A DNA stretch of 64,000 bases, taken from Patescibacteria group bacterium. Its GTDB lineage: Bacteria; Patescibacteriota; UBA1384; JBBRAU01. The translations under genes and the position numbers were made by a program. Location: contig JBBRAU010000003.1 in NCBI GenBank assembly GCA_038206475.1, positions 13,852 to 77,851 of the forward strand. Reading direction: 5' to 3'. Positions 8,996 through 19,061 of this stretch are shown one piece after another. Numbering within the stretch: position 1 is the first letter of the stretch; each line of letters opens with the position of its first letter. The notes beneath the pieces were generated by a model. The model was not told where the DNA came from. It saw only the letters and a program-made list of their open reading frames with translations, and ran no database searches.

Positions 8996-10314
8996 TTGAT
9001 ATCAAGCTGATTCGTGAGCAGCCGGATGAAGTTAAAGCGGCGCTAGCGCGGCGCAATGTTGATAGTAATGTCATTGATGACTTGCTGGCCGTTGACCGTG
9101 ATCGCCGCCTGGCCCAGGCTGACGTCGAAGAGCGTCAGTCGCGGCTGAACGCCCTGTCCAAAGAGGTGGGTCGTCAATTTGGACAAAAGAAAATCGAGCT
9201 CATTCAAGAGGCTTCCGGGTTGTCAGAGGCGATTGAACACGCAAAGCCAAAACTGGAAGAGCTAGATACCCGTTTTGCTGAGCTGCTGAAATCACTGCCG
9301 AATTTGCCTGATCCAGATGTGCCAGACGGTGCTGATGAGTCAGAAAATATCGTCATTCGCACGGTTGGCAAGCAGCCGAAGTTTGATTTTGCGCCAAAAG
9401 AGCATTGGCAACTCGGCGAGGCGCTCGGTGTGCTTGATACCGCCACTGCCGCCAAGGTGGCAGGTTCGCGTTTTGTCTATCTGAAGGGCCAGTTGGCCAC
9501 GCTCCAGTTTGCCCTTATTCAACTGGCGCTGTCGGTGCTGACCGATGAAGCGCAGCTGGCAGCTATTATCAAAAAATCTAAACTAAAGCTGCCGGCAACG
9601 CCGTTTACCTTGGTGGTGCCGCCAGCCTTTATTAAGCCAGAGGTGTTTGATCGCATGGCACGCCTCAATCCGCGTGACGAGCGTTACTATTTGCCGGCTG
9701 ACGACCTGTTTTTAATCGGCTCGGCTGAGCACACACTTGGCCCGTTGCACATGGGCCAGACGCTTGATGAGGCCGATTTACCCATTCGCTACCTCGGCTA
9801 CTCATCCAGTTTTCGGCGTGAGGCCGGCTCATACGGCAAGGACACCAAAGGCATCCTGCGTCTGCACCAGTTTGATAAGCTGGAAATGGAGTCATTTACC
9901 CTGCCCGAACATTCGCGTGCTGAGCAAGATTTGTTCGTCGCCATTCAAGAGCACCTAATGCAGAGTCTTGGGCTGCCGTACCAGGTGATGGCTATTTGCA
10001 CCGGCGATATGGGCGACCCCGACGCTCGCCAATTTGACATCAATACCTGGATGCCTGGCCAAAATCAGTACCGAGAAACGCAAACCGCCGACTTAATGAC
10101 CGACTACCAAGCCCACCGACTCGGCACGAAGGTCAAACGTAAAGATAAGAGCAGCCAGTTTGTGCACATGAACGACGGCACCGCTTTTGCCATCGGCCGC
10201 ACCCTCATTGCCATCATGGAGAACTACCAACAGAAAGACGGTACTATTCTCGTGCCCGACGTGCTCAAACCATACGTTCCGTTTACCCTGATCACCAGAA
10301 TGCCACGAAAATGA
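8992..10314 (+). CDS. serS: Serine--tRNA ligase
   Basis: MIDIKLIR, coiled arm, FRREAGSYGKDTKGILRLHQFDKLE and HMNDGTAFAIGR motifs. Confidence 0.97.
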   Translation: MIDIKLIREQPDEVKAALARRNVDSNVIDDLLAVDRDRRLAQADVEERQSRLNALSKEVGRQFGQKKIELIQEASGLSEAIEHAKPKLEELDTRFAELLKSLPNLPDPDVPDGADESENIVIRTVGKQPKFDFAPKEHWQLGEALGVLDTATAAKVAGSRFVYLKGQLATLQFALIQLALSVLTDEAQLAAIIKKSKLKLPATPFTLVVPPAFIKPEVFDRMARLNPRDERYYLPADDLFLIGSAEHTLGPLHMGQTLDEADLPIRYLGYSSSFRREAGSYGKDTKGILRLHQFDKLEMESFTLPEHSRAEQDLFVAIQEHLMQSLGLPYQVMAICTGDMGDPDARQFDINTWMPGQNQYRETQTADLMTDYQAHRLGTKVKRKDKSSQFVHMNDGTAFAIGRTLIAIMENYQQKDGTILVPDVLKPYVPFTLITRMPRK

Positions 10315-10425
10315 GGGAACCCGGCGAAGGCTTCGCTTTCGAGAGGGAACCAGTCAGCCCGCCGGTCGTTTACGGTGATAGACTAGCTCTGGCGGCGGCT
10401 TACTAGCTGGTGCTACACTAACGTC

Positions 10426-10716
10426 ATGCAGCTCGAGATTGAGCATTTATCCGACAGCGTTGACTCTGGTTTAGAGGAGCATGCGCAGAAACGGTTGGCC
10501 AAGCTGGAGCGGTATTGGAAGCAGGAAGACACGCATATTCGTCTGGTATTTGCTGACGAGAACAGCAGCCACAAGGGCGGCATCGACAAGCGTGTGAGCT
10601 TGCAGCTGAGTCCGGGCGGGCTGTTCGCCGAAGCGTTGGCTGGAACGTGGTCAAAGGCACTAGACGAGTCGCTTGATCGGCTTGAGCGCCAAATAGTCAA
10701 AAGAATCCAAAAATAA
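10426..10716 (+). CDS. hpf: Ribosome hibernation factor HPF/RaiA family (short form)
   Basis: MQLEI..., KRLAKLERY and ALDESLDRLERQI pattern; lies upstream of secA. Confidence 0.75.
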   Translation: MQLEIEHLSDSVDSGLEEHAQKRLAKLERYWKQEDTHIRLVFADENSSHKGGIDKRVSLQLSPGGLFAEALAGTWSKALDESLDRLERQIVKRIQK

Positions 10717-10718
10717 TT

Positions 10719-10970
10719 ATGCAAAAACTAATTACCATTTTCTTCATCGGCTTCTTTCTTGGGGCGGTTTCGGTGGTCGTTGTCGAGCAACGTTTCGTCG
10801 TCAGCGCTGATGAGGCTACTGCCAGCGCGGCAATGCCGGTATTTATCAGTAACTGGCAAGGCCAAGATTTTGCCCGCTTCCGCGAACTCGTGTTAACTGA
10901 CCACCTGTCGACTCAAGATGCGGCTCAGCAATCCGACGCCGAAAGACTCGTTCGCGAGAGCCAACCTTAG
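10719..10970 (+). CDS. Small hypothetical protein with N-terminal TM/signal
   Basis: 83 aa, directly downstream of hpf, hydrophobic N-terminus. Confidence 0.55.
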   Translation: MQKLITIFFIGFFLGAVSVVVVEQRFVVSADEATASAAMPVFISNWQGQDFARFRELVLTDHLSTQDAAQQSDAERLVRESQP

Positions 10971-11098
10971 GCTTGCCCAAGCCGGCTCCTTGCGGCATAC
11001 TACAGCAGAAAGAGGCCTGAGCCTCGTTTTTGAATGCACGCCTGAGTCGCCACTTTCTGCTAGGGTAAAGGTGCCATAGAGCATCGAGAAGGATATAA

Positions 11099-13753
11099 GT
11101 GAAAATCCCATTTCTAACCAAACGAAATTCGGCAGACCATGGCCGTTTGACGCGTGACGACGAGCGCTTTATTGCTGAGGTTGACCAGTTCGGCTCGGTC
11201 ATGGAGAAGCTGTCGGACGAGGCGCTGAAAAACAAAACAGTCGAATTTCGGGCTATTATTGCTGAAGTACTAGGGAATCAGGCTGATGAGCTGTCGCCAG
11301 AACGGCGGTCCGAGCTTGAGACCAAGGCGCTTGAGCGCCTGCTGCCCGAGGCGTTTGCGGTCGTCCGCGAAGCAGCCAACCGTACACTCAAAATGCGCCA
11401 TTTTGGCGTGCAACTAGCCGGTGGTCTGGCCCTGCACCGCGGCCGAATCGCCGAGATGCGCACTGGTGAAGGCAAAACCTTGGTGGCCACACTGCCGCTG
11501 TACGTCAACGCGCTGCTCGGCCACGGTGCGCATTTAATTACTGTCAACGACTACCTCTCACGCCGCGACGCGGGCTGGATGGGACCGGTTTACCACGCGC
11601 TCGGCTTAACCGTCGCCACGATCGGCCATGAAAGCTCGTTGTTGTTTGATCTGGCTGGAGACGAAGGCGACCACTCGGATCCGCGTCTGCGCCTGTTTCG
11701 ACCGGTTAACCGAACCGAGGCGTACGCCGCTGACATTACCTACGGCACCAATAATGAATTCGGCTTTGACTACCTGCGCGACAACATGGCGGTCAACTTA
11801 AGCCAAGTGGTCCAGCGGCCGCTGCACTACGCCATCGTTGATGAAGTTGACTCAATTTTGATTGACGAAGCGCGTACGCCGCTAATTATCTCGCGTCCGG
11901 CTGAGCAGTCGGCTTCGCTCTATCAGCAGTTTGCCGAACACGTCAAAACACTGCGCGCCGAATCTGATTACGAAGTTGATGAGAAAGAGCGCCGGGTGAC
12001 GCTGACCGACCAGGGTATTCGTAAAATGGAGCAACAGTTGGGCGTGACGAACATATTTGAAGCTGAGTCAGCTATTTTAGCTCATCACCTGGAAGAGGCA
12101 CTGAAGGCTAAAGCCCTGTTTCAGCGTGACAAAGATTACATCATCAAAGACGGTGAAATTGTTATCGTTGACGAATTTACTGGCCGCTTAATGCCCGGCC
12201 GGCGTTACAATGAAGGCTTACACCAAGCGCTTGAGGCCAAAGAGGGTGTGGCGGTTAAGCAAGAGTCAGATACGTTGGCCACCATCTCCTTCCAAAATTA
12301 CTTTCGCCTCTACCGTAAATTGTCCGGCATGACCGGTACGGCCAAAACAGAGGAAGAAGAGTTCTGGAAAATCTACGGCCTGGCGGTGACGGTGGTGCCG
12401 ACCAATAAGCCGATGATTCGTAAAGACACGACTGATCGTATTTATAAAACCGAGCCAGCCAAATGGGACGCTATTGTTGCGGATTTGCGGGCTCGGCACG
12501 AAGCTGGCCAGCCAGTGCTGGTCGGTACGGTTTCGATTGCCAAAAATGAGTTATTGTCGGGCATTTTGACACGGGCCGGCTTGCCGCATAAAGTCTTAAA
12601 CGCCAAAAACCATGAGCAAGAAGCGTCCATTATTGAGGCCGCTGGGCAGGCGGGGGCAATCACGGTCGCCACCAACATGGCCGGTCGCGGTACTGACATT
12701 AAGGTCACGCCAGAGGCAATGGCTGCCGGCGGTTTGCACGTGCTTGGCACTGAGCGGCATGAGTCGCGTCGCATCGACAATCAGCTGCGCGGCCGCACCG
12801 GTCGCCAAGGCGACCCGGGTTCTTCGCAGTTTTACGTGGCGCTGTCAGATGACTTAATGCGCATTTTCGGCGGCGAGCGTCTGTCGAACATGATGACCTT
12901 CCTCAAAGTGCCGGAGGAGATGCCGATCGAGTCGCCGGCGGTCTCGCGAGCGCTCGAGTCTGCCCAGCGGCGGGTTGAAGGCCACAACTTTGATATGCGG
13001 AAGCACTTGGTTGAGTACGATGACGTGATGAATAAACACCGTGTGCGCATTTACCGTGACCGCCGGCGCATTCTGGAGCAGGCTAACCTGCGTGAAGACA
13101 TGCTGAAATCGGTGACAGCTGAGGTTGAGGCGCTCTGGCAGGCGGCTGAGGCGGTTGATGACAATATTCCTGAGCTACAGAAGCGTTTGGCGGTGCTCTT
13201 GAACCAGCCGGCTGAGGGCGTCCATGACGTTGTTCAGGCGGTTGAGCGGGCGACCAGCATTTATGCCGCCAAAGAGGAGCGCTTAGGCTCAGATGTGATG
13301 CGTGAGCTGGAGCGGGCAGTTGCCCTGCGGGCGATGGACGTGCTCTGGATTGACCACTTAAACGCTATGGAGCATCTGCGCCACGCCATTGGTTTGGTCG
13401 GCTTCTCGCAGCGCGAACCGTTGGTTGAGTACAAAGCCCAGGCCTACGAATTGTTTAAGAGCTTGCTGGCCGCCATTCAGGGCCAAACGGTCGAACTCTT
13501 ATTCCGGGCTGAAATTGTCGAGCCGCCGCGCCCCATGTTGACGGAAGGCGCGATTGAAGAAGGTCCGTCTGAGGCGCTGGCCTCTGGTGCAGTTGAAACG
13601 GATATTGCCCGCGAGAAGAATCCGTCTGAAGTCACCGACACGGCAGCAGCGCCAATGCCAATAGAGAAGCCAAGCGGTCACATTGGTCGCAATGACCCCT
13701 GCCCATGTGGTAGTGGTAAGAAGTTCAAAAAGTGCCATGGGGTAAACACTTAA
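11099..13753 (+). CDS. secA: Preprotein translocase ATPase SecA
   Basis: [32 protein letters not shown] and C-terminal [23 protein letters not shown]. Confidence 0.98.
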   Translation: MKIPFLTKRNSADHGRLTRDDERFIAEVDQFGSVMEKLSDEALKNKTVEFRAIIAEVLGNQADELSPERRSELETKALERLLPEAFAVVREAANRTLKMRHFGVQLAGGLALHRGRIAEMRTGEGKTLVATLPLYVNALLGHGAHLITVNDYLSRRDAGWMGPVYHALGLTVATIGHESSLLFDLAGDEGDHSDPRLRLFRPVNRTEAYAADITYGTNNEFGFDYLRDNMAVNLSQVVQRPLHYAIVDEVDSILIDEARTPLIISRPAEQSASLYQQFAEHVKTLRAESDYEVDEKERRVTLTDQGIRKMEQQLGVTNIFEAESAILAHHLEEALKAKALFQRDKDYIIKDGEIVIVDEFTGRLMPGRRYNEGLHQALEAKEGVAVKQESDTLATISFQNYFRLYRKLSGMTGTAKTEEEEFWKIYGLAVTVVPTNKPMIRKDTTDRIYKTEPAKWDAIVADLRARHEAGQPVLVGTVSIAKNELLSGILTRAGLPHKVLNAKNHEQEASIIEAAGQAGAITVATNMAGRGTDIKVTPEAMAAGGLHVLGTERHESRRIDNQLRGRTGRQGDPGSSQFYVALSDDLMRIFGGERLSNMMTFLKVPEEMPIESPAVSRALESAQRRVEGHNFDMRKHLVEYDDVMNKHRVRIYRDRRRILEQANLREDMLKSVTAEVEALWQAAEAVDDNIPELQKRLAVLLNQPAEGVHDVVQAVERATSIYAAKEERLGSDVMRELERAVALRAMDVLWIDHLNAMEHLRHAIGLVGFSQREPLVEYKAQAYELFKSLLAAIQGQTVELLFRAEIVEPPRPMLTEGAIEEGPSEALASGAVETDIAREKNPSEVTDTAAAPMPIEKPSGHIGRNDPCPCGSGKKFKKCHGVNT

Positions 13754-13863
13754 AACACTCAAACTTCATGAACACTTAGCGCTAGAGGGGTTGTCTCACT
13801 GACCGCGCCAGATGTTGGCGACACTCACTCGTTCATGAAGTAAAAAACAGCTAGACTGAAGCT

Positions 13864-14376
13864 ATGCGACAGCGTGAGGATCACTTCATTCGACGGGAAA
13901 TTAGGCCGATGGTCTTTGGGATTGAGGATTCGCTCATTTCGACACTCGGGGTGGTTACTGGCATGGCCAGCGGTACCGGTTCTCAATCGACTATTGTGCT
14001 GGCCGGCATCGTTTTGGTGACGGTTGAAGCCTTGTCGATGGCTGCCGGCGAGATGATCTCGTCGCAAACGGAAATCGAAGTTGATGGCTTAAACGACCCA
14101 CATCGGCCGATTGTGAATGGTTTAGTCATGGGGGTGGCCTACGTCTTAGCCGGCGTTATTCCGGTTGGACCGTACGCAATGTTTGCGCCTAGTACCGCCT
14201 TACCCGTATCTATTTTAGCCACGGCACTGGCTATTTTCTTGCTCGGCGTCTGGAAGAATTCGCTGGTCTACCGCAGCCGCCGGAGCGCCTTGATGTCTGG
14301 CTTGGAGCTGCTGACTATCACGTTAGCTGTTTCGCTGATCGGCTACTTAATTGGCGCCATCTTTGGCGTGTACTGA
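13864..14376 (+). CDS. VIT1/CCC1 family Fe/Mn transporter
   Basis: VFGIEDSLISTLG and EALSMAAGE motifs; multiple TMs. Confidence 0.88.
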   Translation: MRQREDHFIRREIRPMVFGIEDSLISTLGVVTGMASGTGSQSTIVLAGIVLVTVEALSMAAGEMISSQTEIEVDGLNDPHRPIVNGLVMGVAYVLAGVIPVGPYAMFAPSTALPVSILATALAIFLLGVWKNSLVYRSRRSALMSGLELLTITLAVSLIGYLIGAIFGVY

Positions 14377-14377
14377 G

Positions 14378-14773
14378 ATGCCAGCCAACCTTTATCATCT
14401 GCAGTTGAATGTTGCTGATGTAGCGTTTTATCGTGATTTTTTGACTGCGCTTGGCTACACGATTGACTTTGACGACGGTCAAATTTTTCGGGCTAGCGGC
14501 GAGGGGACCGAGCTCTGGATTAACTGGGTTGAGCGTAAATTTAAGTCATATCCCTTCCACCGTAAAACGATCGGCCTCAACCACTTGGCGTTTCAAGTGG
14601 ACAGCCGCCGGGACGTTGACGAGTTTGTCGAAAATTTTCTGAAACGGTGGGAGATCAGCCCGCTCTACCACAGCCCGCGCTCCTTTCCACAGTATGGCGC
14701 CGGATACTGCGCCGTCTATTTTGAAGATCCGAGCCGGATTAAGCTTGTAGTGATGACCAAAGCCAGCGTGTAG
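14378..14773 (+). CDS. VOC/glyoxalase family protein
   Basis: LYHLQLNV, GLNHLAFQV and AVYFEDPSRIKL motifs. Confidence 0.85.
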   Translation: MPANLYHLQLNVADVAFYRDFLTALGYTIDFDDGQIFRASGEGTELWINWVERKFKSYPFHRKTIGLNHLAFQVDSRRDVDEFVENFLKRWEISPLYHSPRSFPQYGAGYCAVYFEDPSRIKLVVMTKASV

Positions 14774-14837
14774 GTTTGTCTTTTGAGCGCTGCTCTGGCA
14801 GCATAGCCAATGATGATGAGTTGCAAATTATGCCTGG

Positions 14838-15530
14838 ATGCACATGGCGTTGATTGAGTTTCAGAATGTCGTAAAAACCTACGGCAATAAAATCAAAGCT
14901 TTGGATGACATTGACCTCTCGATTGACCGCGGCGAGTTTGTGACGTTGGTCGGCCCCTCTGGAGCTGGCAAATCAACACTCATTCGGCTGCTCACCCGGG
15001 AGGAGTTGCCGTCGGCGGGCCATATTATGGTAGCTGGCCGCGACATTACCAAATTGAAGCCGCGCGAGTTGCCATACTATCGGCGCAAAGTCGGCGTTAT
15101 CTTCCAAGACTTTAAACTGCTGCCGCAAAAAACGGTCGCTGAAAATGTTGCCTATGCCCTGGAGGTTTCGGACGCGCCACCGGATGAAATTAACCGCAAA
15201 GTGCCGCTCATTTTAGATTTGGTTGGTCTGTCGCACCGCATGAAAAACCGCCCCAACGAGTTGTCCGGCGGCGAGCGTCAGCGCGTCTCAATTGCGCGGG
15301 CCCTGGTGCACACGCCAAAAATTTTGATCGCTGATGAGCCGACCGGTAATCTCGACCCGGTCAACACCTGGGAAATCATTGAGCTGTTGTTTAAAATCAA
15401 CAAACGGGGGACGATTGTCGTCTTGGCTACGCATGACCGCGAAGTGGTTAACGCACTGAAGAAACGGGTCATTACAATGAAAGACGGCAAGATTATCTCT
15501 GATCAAGAAAAGGGAAAGTACATCCTGTGA
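14838..15530 (+). CDS. ftsE: Cell division ATP-binding protein FtsE
   Basis: GPSGAGKST, FQDFKLL, LSGGE and ADEPTGNLDP motifs; followed by ftsX. Confidence 0.96.
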   Translation: MHMALIEFQNVVKTYGNKIKALDDIDLSIDRGEFVTLVGPSGAGKSTLIRLLTREELPSAGHIMVAGRDITKLKPRELPYYRRKVGVIFQDFKLLPQKTVAENVAYALEVSDAPPDEINRKVPLILDLVGLSHRMKNRPNELSGGERQRVSIARALVHTPKILIADEPTGNLDPVNTWEIIELLFKINKRGTIVVLATHDREVVNALKKRVITMKDGKIISDQEKGKYIL

Positions 15531-16453
15531 GTTTTCTCTCAAGCTACCGCATTATGAAGTTGGGCGCGATTAGTTTTTTCCGCAACCGGCTGTTGTCGGT
15601 GGCGGCGGTTTTGGTGATGACCATTACGCTGCTCATTATTGCCAGTTTTGCCATTTTGAACATCGTGCTCAACAAGTCGGTGGCTGAACTGCAGAGCAAA
15701 ATTAACTTAATCGTCTATTTTGACAAATCGGCTCCGGAAGACAAAATTTTGGCTCTGCAAAGCCGGCTTGAGTCGGAGTCGGCGGTCAAAGAAGTGCACT
15801 ACACCAACCGCGACGCCGCGCTGCAGAAATACCTGAGCGACCATGCCGGCGATCCCCAGAAACAGAAAATTGTCCAGCTGACGGGCACTAATCCGCTGCC
15901 GGCCAGCATAGAGATAAAGGTTGATCCGCCGGAGCAGATTGGAGCGGTTGTCGCCATTGTCCACTCGCCGTCGTACCAAGGGATACTGCAGGCGAGCAAA
16001 AGCGACTCCTACTCAGAGGACAAAGCGACTATCGATAAGCTGCTTGAATTCACCCATTTTCTGATAGTGGCCGGTGTCGTGGCCAGCATCATCTTTATGC
16101 TTATTGCCGTTTTGGTCGTGTTTAATACGGTTAAGCTGACCACATTTACTCGTCGCGAAGAGGTGGAAATTATGCGCCTGGTTGGCGCCACGGAGTCATT
16201 CGTCCGGTTGCCGTTTGTCGTCGAGAGTTTAATTTACGCCGCCTGCGGCACCACCTTTGCCGCACTTATTCTTATCTTTAGCCTACGCAGCCTGGCCAAC
16301 TCAACCAAAATCGGCAGTCTGCCGGTCAGCTATGCCAACCAATTGAACATCTACTTCAGCGCCCATCTGGTACCAATTCTCTTAATCGGTCTGGTTATTT
16401 CCATGTTCATTAGCGGCACCTGTAGCTACTTGGCGGTACGCCGCTCTCTCTAA
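15527..16453 (+). CDS. ftsX: Permease-like cell division protein FtsX
   Basis: NPLPASIEI and RREEVEIMRLVGATESFVRLPF motifs; 4 TMs. Confidence 0.95.
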   Translation: MSFLSSYRIMKLGAISFFRNRLLSVAAVLVMTITLLIIASFAILNIVLNKSVAELQSKINLIVYFDKSAPEDKILALQSRLESESAVKEVHYTNRDAALQKYLSDHAGDPQKQKIVQLTGTNPLPASIEIKVDPPEQIGAVVAIVHSPSYQGILQASKSDSYSEDKATIDKLLEFTHFLIVAGVVASIIFMLIAVLVVFNTVKLTTFTRREEVEIMRLVGATESFVRLPFVVESLIYAACGTTFAALILIFSLRSLANSTKIGSLPVSYANQLNIYFSAHLVPILLIGLVISMFISGTCSYLAVRRSL

Positions 16454-16506
16454 GCCGTATGCATAGCCTTGCCGGAGCAAGGCTGGTGGATTAGGATAAA
16501 GACAGT

Positions 16507-17754
16507 ATGAAGATTCCGCTACACTCGCTTCTACGCCGACGTTTTGCTGCGGCTTTGCTGTTGGCGGTAACGGTGGTCGGCTTTTCGACGACGCCGCTGA
16601 CGCAAGCTGCGCCGTCGCTTAGTGCGCTACAGCAGCAAAAACAGGCCGCTGAGCGACAAAAACAGGCCGCTGCCGCCGCAGAGAAGCAAAAAGAGCAAGA
16701 AGCGGTGGTGCTAGCCAGCCAGCTGCAAACCATCAACGACCAAATTAATGCTACCCAAGCCGTCATCAAAAAGACCAAGGGCGACATTGGTGCCTCACAA
16801 CAGACAATTGCCAGCACCAACGACCGTATTCAGACTGCTAGCGATAAGCTGGTCCAGTCGCAACAGTTGCTGGGAGAGATGATCGCTGAAGAGTACACCG
16901 CAGACAGCAATCAGTTTCTGCGTTCAGTGGTTGGCTCACCGGATATCTCCAGCTTTTACCGGCAACTCAAAGAAACGGAAACATTTCAGGACCAATTAAA
17001 CCAATTGGCTGACCAAGTTAGCAGTTTAAAAACGTCGCTTGAATCAGATAAGGCCAAGCAAGAGAAACAACTTGCCCAGCAGCAGAGTTTGGCGGCGTAT
17101 CAAACTGCGAAGCAGAATGACTTAAACGGTCAGCTCGGCACCAAGAACAATTTGCTTAGCAATACTCACCAGGCGATTGTCGATTTAAATCAGCAGCAGA
17201 AAAACGCTGATGCACAAATTGTTGCCGCAGAGAAGCAGATTAACGCTTTGCTTGCGGCCCGCAGCAGTGGCGGCCAGTTAGTCTCTGGTGGCGGTGGCGG
17301 TTGGTACTACAGCCAGCGCGATCCCAGCTGGTCCGGCGTCCGCATGGGCAACAGCTACGCCACCATTGGCCTCTACGGCTGCTTAATTACCTCCATTGCT
17401 ATGCTTGCCACCTACTACGGCACGCCAACGACGCCGCTGCAAATTGCTCGGACTGGCAGTTTCTCCCGTGACGGCGGCCTGGCGGCTTTGCCTCCAGGGT
17501 TGGGCATTAGTGTGGCGCCATCGCAGCCGGTGCAGTGGTCGGTGGTCGACAGCGAAATTGCCAACAATCATCCAGTGATCATCAGTTTGTACTTGCCGTC
17601 GGTTGGCGCCTTAAATAGTGACGGTTCATCGCACTTCATCGTTATTGACGGCAAAGTTGGCGGTACATACACCATTAAAGATCCGATCAGTAGCAGTGGT
17701 GGCGGCTACGACTTATCAAACGCCCGTTCCATGAAGCTGGTCCGACCGAAGTAG
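16507..17754 (+). CDS. Secreted PcsB/EnvC-like coiled-coil protein with C-terminal C39-like cysteine peptidase domain
   Basis: Signal peptide, about 220 aa coiled coil, Gly linker, then YYSQRDPSW...GCLITSIAM...SHFIVIDG...IKDP. Confidence 0.8.
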   Translation: MKIPLHSLLRRRFAAALLLAVTVVGFSTTPLTQAAPSLSALQQQKQAAERQKQAAAAAEKQKEQEAVVLASQLQTINDQINATQAVIKKTKGDIGASQQTIASTNDRIQTASDKLVQSQQLLGEMIAEEYTADSNQFLRSVVGSPDISSFYRQLKETETFQDQLNQLADQVSSLKTSLESDKAKQEKQLAQQQSLAAYQTAKQNDLNGQLGTKNNLLSNTHQAIVDLNQQQKNADAQIVAAEKQINALLAARSSGGQLVSGGGGGWYYSQRDPSWSGVRMGNSYATIGLYGCLITSIAMLATYYGTPTTPLQIARTGSFSRDGGLAALPPGLGISVAPSQPVQWSVVDSEIANNHPVIISLYLPSVGALNSDGSSHFIVIDGKVGGTYTIKDPISSSGGGYDLSNARSMKLVRPK

Positions 17755-17786
17755 CGGCCTGAGTCCAATTCACCTACACTAAGGTC

Positions 17787-19004
17787 ATGAAGAAGTATGC
17801 CGCATTATCGCGCTGGATCAGTCTTTTTTTGTTGTTTATATTGGTCTTTGGTGGTGGTTTTGTCGCCGGTGACTTCTATCGCCAAAAACAGGCGACCGGC
17901 CACGCTGACCTCTCGGCCCTGATCGGGCCGTCGGTTATTAACAAAACCAAAGGCCAGCCGCAAAACGTTGACTTCTCGCTGTTTTGGGACGTCTGGAATA
18001 GAGTCGCGAGCCAGTGGGACGGCGACGCTGACCAAAAGCAGCAACTCTATGGCGCCATTGAGGGCTCGCTGGCCAGCCTTGGCGACCCATACACCGTCTT
18101 CTTTGATCCGGAGTCAGCTAAGGCCTTTAACAATGATTTGAACGGTAAGTTGTCTGGTATCGGCGCGGAAATCACCCAGCAGAACGGCCTCATGACGGTT
18201 ATGGACACCTTGCCCGATTCACCGGCCTACAAAGCCGGTTTGAAAGTCAAAGATATCATTGTCAAAATTGATGACGCTGTAATTGATGCCAATAACTTCG
18301 GGGCTAACATTAACCAGATTCGCGGTCAGGCTGGCACGGCGGTTCATTTAACGGTGTTGCGGCCGCCCAGCCAGAAGCCGCTCGAGTTCCAAATTGTCCG
18401 GCAAAACCTGCACGTTGATAGCTTAAGCTGGAGCTGGCAAGGCAATATTGTCGTCGGCCGCATGCGCCAGTTTAGCCAAGACACCGGCGACTTAATGCGC
18501 AAGATGGCCGCTGAGGCCACAGCCAAGCACGCCAAAGGCTTAGTTTTAGATTTGCGTGGCAACCCAGGCGGTTATCTGCAGGCGGCCCAAGAGGTTTGGG
18601 GGGTGCTGTCGCCGAAGAATCCGTTGGTTATTGAACGCAGTAAGCGGGGTGACAGTGACAAGTTATCTGGCCAAGGTGATGCCAGCTTAGCTGACCTGCC
18701 ACTGGTGGTACTGGTTGACGACAGTAGCGCTTCAGCTTCAGAAATTTTAGCCGGCGCCGTGCAGGACTATGGCCGTGGTAAAGTGGTTGGTATTAAGACG
18801 TTTGGCAAGGGGAGTGTCCAAGATTTAGTCGACCTGGCCGGTGCCGCCAGTCTAAAAGTGACGGTCGCGCACTGGTTCACGCCGAACGGTCGTGGCATTG
18901 ATAAAGCCGGCATTACGCCGGATGTGCTGGTGCCAGCACCAGAGCAGATCAGCCCGGACCAAGATCCGGTTATGGCCAAAGCGCTTGAACTACTGAAATC
19001 GTAG
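17787..19004 (+). CDS. ctpA: S41 family carboxyl-terminal processing protease
   Basis: DPYTVF, PDZ (GIGAE), LDLRGNPGG, SASASEI and TFGKGSVQ motifs. Confidence 0.95.
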   Translation: MKKYAALSRWISLFLLFILVFGGGFVAGDFYRQKQATGHADLSALIGPSVINKTKGQPQNVDFSLFWDVWNRVASQWDGDADQKQQLYGAIEGSLASLGDPYTVFFDPESAKAFNNDLNGKLSGIGAEITQQNGLMTVMDTLPDSPAYKAGLKVKDIIVKIDDAVIDANNFGANINQIRGQAGTAVHLTVLRPPSQKPLEFQIVRQNLHVDSLSWSWQGNIVVGRMRQFSQDTGDLMRKMAAEATAKHAKGLVLDLRGNPGGYLQAAQEVWGVLSPKNPLVIERSKRGDSDKLSGQGDASLADLPLVVLVDDSSASASEILAGAVQDYGRGKVVGIKTFGKGSVQDLVDLAGAASLKVTVAHWFTPNGRGIDKAGITPDVLVPAPEQISPDQDPVMAKALELLKS

Positions 19005-19061
19005 CAACGCATAGCCAAATCGGCCGATGTCAGCTACAACCAAAGGGATGAGTAAGACCTG

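Noticed and set aside
10315-10425. raiA-motif RNA upstream of hpf; short gagggaacc repeat
   Set aside because: The gap is only about 110 nt, too short for that motif, and the 9-bp repeat has no further support.
13763-13841. Integron attC or yybP-ykoY Mn riboswitch upstream of VIT1
   Set aside because: It lacks the RYYYAAC/GTTRRRY ends and the riboswitch core, and it lies upstream of the apparent -10 element.
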